Below are positions 57,290 through 64,000 of a stretch of DNA of 64,000 nucleotides, one piece after another; the stretch's first letter is position 1, and each line of letters opens with the position of its first letter. The stretch covers positions 7,254,001-7,318,000 of the forward strand of contig NC_091479.1 in NCBI RefSeq assembly GCF_036971445.1, written 5' to 3'. The translations under genes were made by a program, and so were the position numbers. Below the pieces are notes generated by a model. It was not told the origin of the DNA and did not search any database. It saw nothing but the letters and a program-made list of their open reading frames with translations. This DNA comes from Narcine bancroftii. Its lineage: Eukaryota.

Positions 57290-59864
57290 CTCTAAACTAT
57301 ATTATTTTGGACCAGGACTCTGATCTATATCAGGCTTAATTTAATCTCCATCTTGCATTGGTCCGCATTTCACAACATAAATCTTCAAGCCTTCCACATC
57401 ATACCCAACTGAAAGCCTCACTGATATTGCTGTCCAATGCACCTCAGTTGTCTATAAGCAGTGAGCAGTTGGACTACTCCAGGCCCCGAATCTAGATTGC
57501 TTGCTTTACAAAAGTCTCTTTAAACTGTTTTGAAACAGCTCATCATAGATATTTAAAAACATTTAAAATGGGAGTTCATTAAATTCATTCAGAAGATTGT
57601 GGCCCACATTCAGTGGGTTTCACAAAGCAGTGTCAGATGCTAAGTGCTTCTGCACCCTCAATGTACATGAGTTCCTTTCCTGCACCATTAGCTGGGGAGT
57701 CAGATGGTCCTTTCATGTTCTTGTGTCTTGTCAGAACAGCAGAGAGTGGGTGGCAGTTCCCCCGCACAACACAATCTAACTCCTAATGAAGAAATGAGCA
57801 AATGCAACTCAACAAAGGAATTTAAAACTTTATTGCTGTCCATGAGTCACTGTGATGCTTGCTTGCTGCAACCTAACAGGTAGGTAAAGTACACCACAAT
57901 GTCAACGCAGAAAAAGAGATGATAAATATCAAAGGATAAATTAATTTTCACAGTTACTGCAAGAACAAGAGGGACAATTCAGTCTTGCAAACAGATCTTT
58001 GGTCCCTGAGTAGTTAGTGTTTACAAGGAGGTTTAAGAACCTAAAACCCGTTGCTTCAAAACTGCTCTTGAGCCAAGGTACTGGACCTAGGGATTCTGTA
58101 TCTTCAGTCTGTGGGTGGCATCCCATTTGGATGCTTTCAGAGATCTGTGCTCATGGTGGACTTATTAGCGAGTTGGAAGCTAATACAGCGATGATCAAGA
58201 GGGAGTTGGACAGTAAAGGAATGGAGGTAAATGTGTGGGTGGATGGGATTAGTTTAATTTAGCATCCAAGTTGGCACAGAAATCATGCATTGGATGGCCT
58301 TTTCCTGTGTTGTATTAATTATGTTACCGACGTACTTCATTTGTTACCACCTTGATCAATGCTTTGTTTGAACTTGCACATGACTGAACATTGCATTTCC
58401 AGAATGCATTAATACATTTCTCTCATCTAAGTCATGAATAGGTTCTAAATCAGAGGGCCCCAGGCAGATATTTGTGATGCAACAGCCTGCTAACCTGGTG
58501 AACTAGCAATTTATTCCTGTTCTCAGTAAGTGATGGCTCTATCTTGAGTACATCTGTCTAAATAGACAAATTCCATTTTCAAATTTCTAAATTGTATGAT
58601 TGTGGATCTTAGTGGTAATGTAGCAATACCATGCAAAGATTGGGTGAGAAGGATCCAATTCTTAAAAAGAAACCCAAAGCACTTGCTGAATACAGAAGAA
58701 AAAATATTTATTTTATTTGCTTCCTACCCACCACAACAAAGTCTGAATTCACATTCCTGGATTAAACAACGCCTGTGTTTATTTCCTGCAAACTCAGGAG
58801 TGGTTCCCAATGAGAACAATAGTCACTTTCCCGGAAGGAGATGTGGTAAGCTTGAAGCATTGACTTCCAAAGAGTTTTGTCACATGGTTGGGCAGAAAGC
58901 AGAGCTGATTTAAATATTTTGGGGTTTTTTGGAGAGAATATCTCTTGATCTTAAGTATTTAAATTTTATGGAATCAAATATTACAAACTATAATTTGGAA
59001 ATGGTTTTTAATGGATTTAAGAAAAAAAGAAATATGGTAGGGTAACAGGCCCTTCCGGCCCATGAGCCCGTGCTACCCAGTTACACCCAATTGATCTACA
59101 ACCCCAATATGTTTTGAACAGTGGGAGGAAGCCCAGACGCTCCTTACAGTGCTGGATTAGAACTCGTCGCTGGTGCTATAACATCATTGATGCTGGAAAT
59201 CCTATTAATGCTGGGGAACTAATAGGTCACAAAAAAACAGTGGTGTAGGAGAACTGTAAAAGTTAGAAAGTTTCAAGTTGCAGAGAATGAGAGGGGTTGG
59301 AATGAGCAATGGGATGATCTGGGGTGAGAGAGATGTGTCATGAGCCCGCAGAACAGTTGGGATTTTTTTTTTTAAAGTTTGAAATCTCAAATTAAAGAAT
59401 ACTAGAAATGTTCCACAGACCTGTGGAGAGAGGTTAAAAAAAAACCAAGTGATCTCTGCAGATACTGGAATCTGAGTCTTAACAAACTGCAGGAGAGACT
59501 CGGCAGGTCGCGCAGTATCTGTTGCAGGACATTCTGAGCTGAAACTCTAACAAGACTGAGGGTATGTAGGACAGAAGCCAGTGGAAGGAGGTCCCATATG
59601 GAATGATGAACTGGGTGGAGGAGAGAAGTGATGGACCGAGGGAGTCGATTGGTTGATGACACATGCCCCTTGCTGACTGTGTCTGAACCCCTGAATAAAG
59701 GCGACTCTGCCACAGCCTCCTCTTCAGTCTGGGACAGTCGACCAGCATGGAGGTGCCTCCATTCTGTTGTTAATAAAAGCCTATCACTTTCTGTATAACT
59801 TATAGTCTTTTGAAGTAATGGTGCATGAATGAGTCAGAATGGGGGAAGACAAAGACAGGTTTAG

Positions 59865-60030
59865 AGTTACAGCCTGGTAATGGGCCCTTCCGGCCCATGC
59901 TGCTCAAATACACCTTCTAATCGTACGTTGTTGGAATGTGGGAGGAAACCCATGTGAACCCAGGTGCAAGCATCTTACAGACAGCACCTGATTTGAACCT
60001 GGTTCCTGGCGCTGTCGTAGCTTTGCGTGA
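59865..60030 (-). mobile_element. V-SINE (HE1-like) copy; another at ~59035-59180
   Basis: ggtaatgggcccttccggccc...gtgggaggaaacc...cttacagacagc...gatttgaacc. Confidence 0.6.
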
Positions 60031-60099
60031 CCTGCTTTGCTCACCCGGCAGCTTTCAATGGTTGGGAGATCAGTGCCCGTGACGGACTTGGCAAGGGTT

Positions 60100-60870
60100 G
60101 TCAGCCTTCTGTGTTCCCAGGTGCTTAAACTCCAAACCAGGCTGTGATGCACCAAATGATTGAACATGCTGAACAACCAAAGGAATTGCTCACATGATCC
60201 ATCTAAGACTTTTGTATTCAGGAAACTCTATTTATTTATTTGTTTGGATGGATGAAATACTTGTCCTGCATATGTATTGTTTGTATGTGTGTTCTGTCTG
60301 GTTGTATTTTGCACCAAGGCCCGGAGGACACTGTTTCATTGGGTTGAACTGGTGCCATCAGATGACAATAAACTTGACTTGGTTTGCTTTGAAAAATACA
60401 CCTGCAGAAGTTTGATCGAGTATTCAATGATATGCCAAATCTTTGTCTGCCTTTTTCACCGTTTGCTCCACAAGAGTTCTTCCAAGATGTGGATTCCCAG
60501 GAACTTGAAAGTACAAATGCTGTTCGCTGCTGTCCCATCAGTGAAGACAAGTGTTTGGTGCCTTGGCTTCCCTTCCTAAACTCTATAATCTGCTCCTTGA
60601 TCTTGCTGATGTTGAGAGCACGATTGCTGTTCTGGCATCACCCAGTCAAGTTCTCCTTCCCCATCCTTGAATTCTGACTCAATTCCTGTTATTCGGCCAA
60701 TAAGGATGATATTGTCAGCAAATTTAGAGATTGGATTGGAGCTAAACTTGGCGTCGCAATTATGAGTGTTGAAGGGGGTTATGGATGCATCCTTGATGTG
60801 TTCCCCTGCTGGTCAGCAAGGAGGAGGTGATGTTGCCAATCCACTGGTATCTGTACAAGAGGAAATCTTA
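60100..60870. mobile_element. Rex1/Babar-type fragments in both orientations
   Basis: 60170-60380 matches the 3'UTR at 2620-2832; 60430-60870 minus strand includes KFADNII. Confidence 0.6.
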
Positions 60871-61067
60871 GATCCATTTGCCGACGGCTGAAGAGTATCT
60901 TGTTTGTAGTTTGGATTAACAACTCCTGAAGTGAGTTCTCTACCACAATTTTTCACTCTACTGAGCTTTAAAATAAATTATAACTGCAATAAAAGTATTA
61001 CATTTCTCATCATTCCTATATTTAATCACTTGGAGTTGTGCATACAAAGGTACAATTTTTAAAAAAT

Positions 61068-61540
61068 CATGAGAATGTTGACAGGATTTCAAGGTTTGAG
61101 TTACAGGGAAAGGTTTTGGAGACTGGGGCTTTTTTCTCTGGAGCGTAGAAGATTGAGAGGGGACTTGATAGAGGTGTTTAAGATTTTAAAAGGGACAGAC
61201 AGAGTAAACGTGGATAGGCTTTTTCAATTAAGAGTGGGGGAGATTCAAACCAGAGGGCATGGTTTAAGATAGAAGGGGGAAAATTATAAGGGGAACATGA
61301 GGGGAAATTTCTTTACGCAGAGGGTGGTGGGGATGTGGAATGAGCTTCCGGCAGACGTGGTCGAGGCGGGATCATTGGTTACATTTAAGGAAAGACTGGA
61401 TCGTTACATGGATAGGAGGGGACTAGAGGGGTATGGACCGGGTGCAGGTCAGTGGGACTAGGAGGGTGGGGATTTGCTACAGCATGGACTAGTTGGGCTG
61501 AACTGGCCTGTTCTGTGCAGTAAGTGGTTATATGGTTATA
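61068..61540 (+). mobile_element. CR1-type LINE 3' end
   Basis: RMLTGFQGLSYRER...LGLFSLERRRLRGDLIEVFKILKG...TRGHGL; FFTQRVVGMWNELP; tandem tail ggttatat. Confidence 0.9.
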
Positions 61541-62730
61541 TTAAGAAATTATTTGTGAAACTAAATCTGAGATGACAAAAAGTAGCAAGTGCTTTTCTTT
61601 ACACATTACAATAGTGTGGCAGTTTGGTTTTAATGTAACCACGTGTATGTGCTATATTTCAATTGTTACTGTAAAATTTCACACCAGTGTGAAAACACCT
61701 TTGGCAACATTGATTTTGCTGTGGAAGTCAGCCCGCACCTCTGAAATGGAATCAGCCTGCAAAAAAAAAACCACAGAAAGAAATCTCTTCAAAGCAGACA
61801 GACTTTATTATAAATGATCAATTTGTATACGAGAAGTGAGAATGACTATCAGGAGACGTCTCAAGCAGACGCCTTTCTGAAGTATCAGGTCTCACTTCAA
61901 ATACAAATGTGTGCCTCTATATTTATACAAATTCAAATGAGTTAGGGGAAAAACTACCCTCACTCATCATTCTATATATTAAAATATTAGTTTCCCTGCC
62001 CCAGCGTCTCGCTTTTTTGTATTTAACTTTCACAAGCAAAATAGAATGTGTTATGGTCTTGCATTGCCTTGAAACATACAAAATAAATGATGTTTATGCC
62101 TACTTTATCTCGATCTCTAATTGGACTTATGCAAGCCATCTTATCTGTCCTTGTAAAGCACATTGAGTGCCACTTTTCACAACAAGGTCATGTTTTCAGC
62201 CATCTTATGACACACTAAAGGTGTGTCAGCTCTCTTGTTTAAATTTTAGAAGCAGCAGTTTTAGCATTGGGATACAAGTCAAAAGCATTGAAATATAAGT
62301 GAGATATAAATAATTCTTCGACATTGCTTGTCACTACAGAAGCATCAACTATGCAAATCATTGCTGTTCTCCATCACACATTCAGCCACAATTTCACAGT
62401 GTTTAGTCACTTTTCCTTTATTGAGATTGCTGCTTGATATTGTCTTATTTTTAACATGATTTTACTTTCTTTCACCGCATCACCAGCTTTTTCTTGTTTT
62501 TGTTGAACCAAACCAGACAAGCTTTGTTTGCAGAATTATGGACGTTACAGAAAAGATGATTTGAAATTGGGATGGTTTTCAGCTTTATCTCTCGTACTTT
62601 GTCCAAAAGTGAGCAAAGGTGATTTGTCAGGTTAACACAACCTTTGAAAGAAAGTGGTGGGTGGTGAGGTTTGAAACGTTTAGGTGTGTTCTGTTCAACA
62701 TGTATTGAGGTTTGATAAGTTTACACCTGG

Positions 62731-64000
62731 AGGAGTCACGTGATGGAGTAGTGGCCGGCAGGGGAATACCAGCCCTCTCCAGAAAGGAAGAAATAAAGTG
62801 AAGAAAATACAAAGTTCAAGAAATTCAAAACTTAACAAATAAAAGATAAAGTTGTAGAGAAAAGAAAGAAGGAAAAAGTAAAAACAATGGGGAAAAAGAG
62901 AAGAAAAGACTCCAGAAGAGAAAGGAGAAGGCCTTACCTGCATGAAGAAACAGGGAGCCGTTGTGGAGAAGAGAGCCCGTTCTCCAAGGTTGGTGAAGAC
63001 CCCACAGAGTCATGACCCCCCCGACTGCTGGACTGCAAAAGTGGCTCTTTGAGCCAAACAAAAGTATACAACTGCGCATGTGCTTATTAAGGAGAAGGAG
63101 AACACCCGACGGGAGGGGGCTCAGCTGAGGAGCGGGCAAACACAACGCGACCAGCTGAGGGATGCCCCACACCAGGGCTCTCAGCTGGAAGAGGAGGAAA
63201 GCGACAGGAAAGGGAGTGAAAGGAAAGAAGAGTAGCAGCAGGAGGCCCAACAGATGAGTAGCCCAGAAGAAGAGGACCAACAGTAAGAAGCCAAGCAAGA
63301 AGAAGCCCAGCAAAGTGAGACAAGCAACTCATCAGGAAAGTCAGAAGAGACACAGATACCAAGGAAGAGAAGAAGAAGACACAAATACAGGTACAGACAC
63401 AGAAGAAGAGGAAGAAAACAACCAAGATCTGCACAGAGAAATAGAAAGTAAAACAGATGGACAGAAAATACATAAAGTTTTTTTTCAAGAACAAATGAGA
63501 ACATTAAAAGAATGGTTGACATTAGAATTTAGTGAAATGAAAGTACAGAAGAAAAAGTGAGTAGAATAGAGCTGGTCATGACAGAAATAGGGAAAAGATT
63601 AGAAAATGTGGAAGAACGAGAAACAGCTGGAGAAATGGAAGTGAACGACTTAAGAAGAAAATTGGAAGAAAGTGACAAAAAAGTTAGTCACAAGAGTTGT
63701 TTGCTCAGAAAATTGATATGTTGGAAAATTATAGTAGGCGAAACAACATAAAAATAGTGGGCCTAAAGGAAGATGAAGAAGGCACAGATATAAAGGAATT
63801 TATAAAAGAATGGATCCCAAAGGTCCTGGGAATGACAGAAATATAGGAAGGAATGGAAATAGAAAGAGCACACAGAATACTAGCTCCAAAACCACAAACA
63901 CATCATAAACCAAGATCCGTTTTAGTAAAATTTTTGAGATACACAACAAGATAAAATATACTGGAACGGGCAAGGAATAAAATTAGAGAAGATAATAAAC
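62731..64000 (+). mobile_element. L1-family LINE 5'UTR + decayed ORF1, runs off the window
   Basis: Homologous to 1174-2200; [21 protein letters not shown]...EIERAHRILAPKP...PRSVLVKFLRY. Confidence 0.88.

Noticed and set aside
57992-58010. cag|ATCTTTGGT (IFG) as convertase exon 2
   Set aside because: Followed by CCC TGA; no DYYHF motif

Overview
Vertebrate genomic DNA, not prokaryotic. The V-SINE, CR1, Penelope and Rex1-rich repeat content suggests a cartilaginous fish (shark/ray); this is an inference. Four spliced protein-coding genes lie on the + strand, reconstructed by hand with GT-AG introns and consistent phases: the last six coding exons of MFAP1 (26-6457), complete HYPK (4 exons, 8751-13732, 118 aa), a SERINC4 orthologue (12 exons, 16753-30618, 467 aa if the proposed 27-nt first exon is right), and the first coding exon of a furin-family proprotein convertase (50028-50186) in a CpG island. 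The rest is retroelements (RTE, L1, Rex1/Babar, CR1, Penelope-like, V-SINE), MITEs, solo-LTR-like pieces, GC-rich minisatellites and a 193-N gap. Almost all long ORFs in the supplied track are repeat artefacts. I see no unambiguous new multi-gene system. The best leads are a twin-priming-type inverted RTE insertion with TSD, a possible non-autonomous ORF2-deleted L1 family, an 810-nt AG-exclusion zone built from a minisatellite before a SERINC4 exon, and an in-frame uORF plus Sp1-box array at the convertase promoter. Family assignments come from motif recognition, not database searches, and repeat boundaries are approximate.
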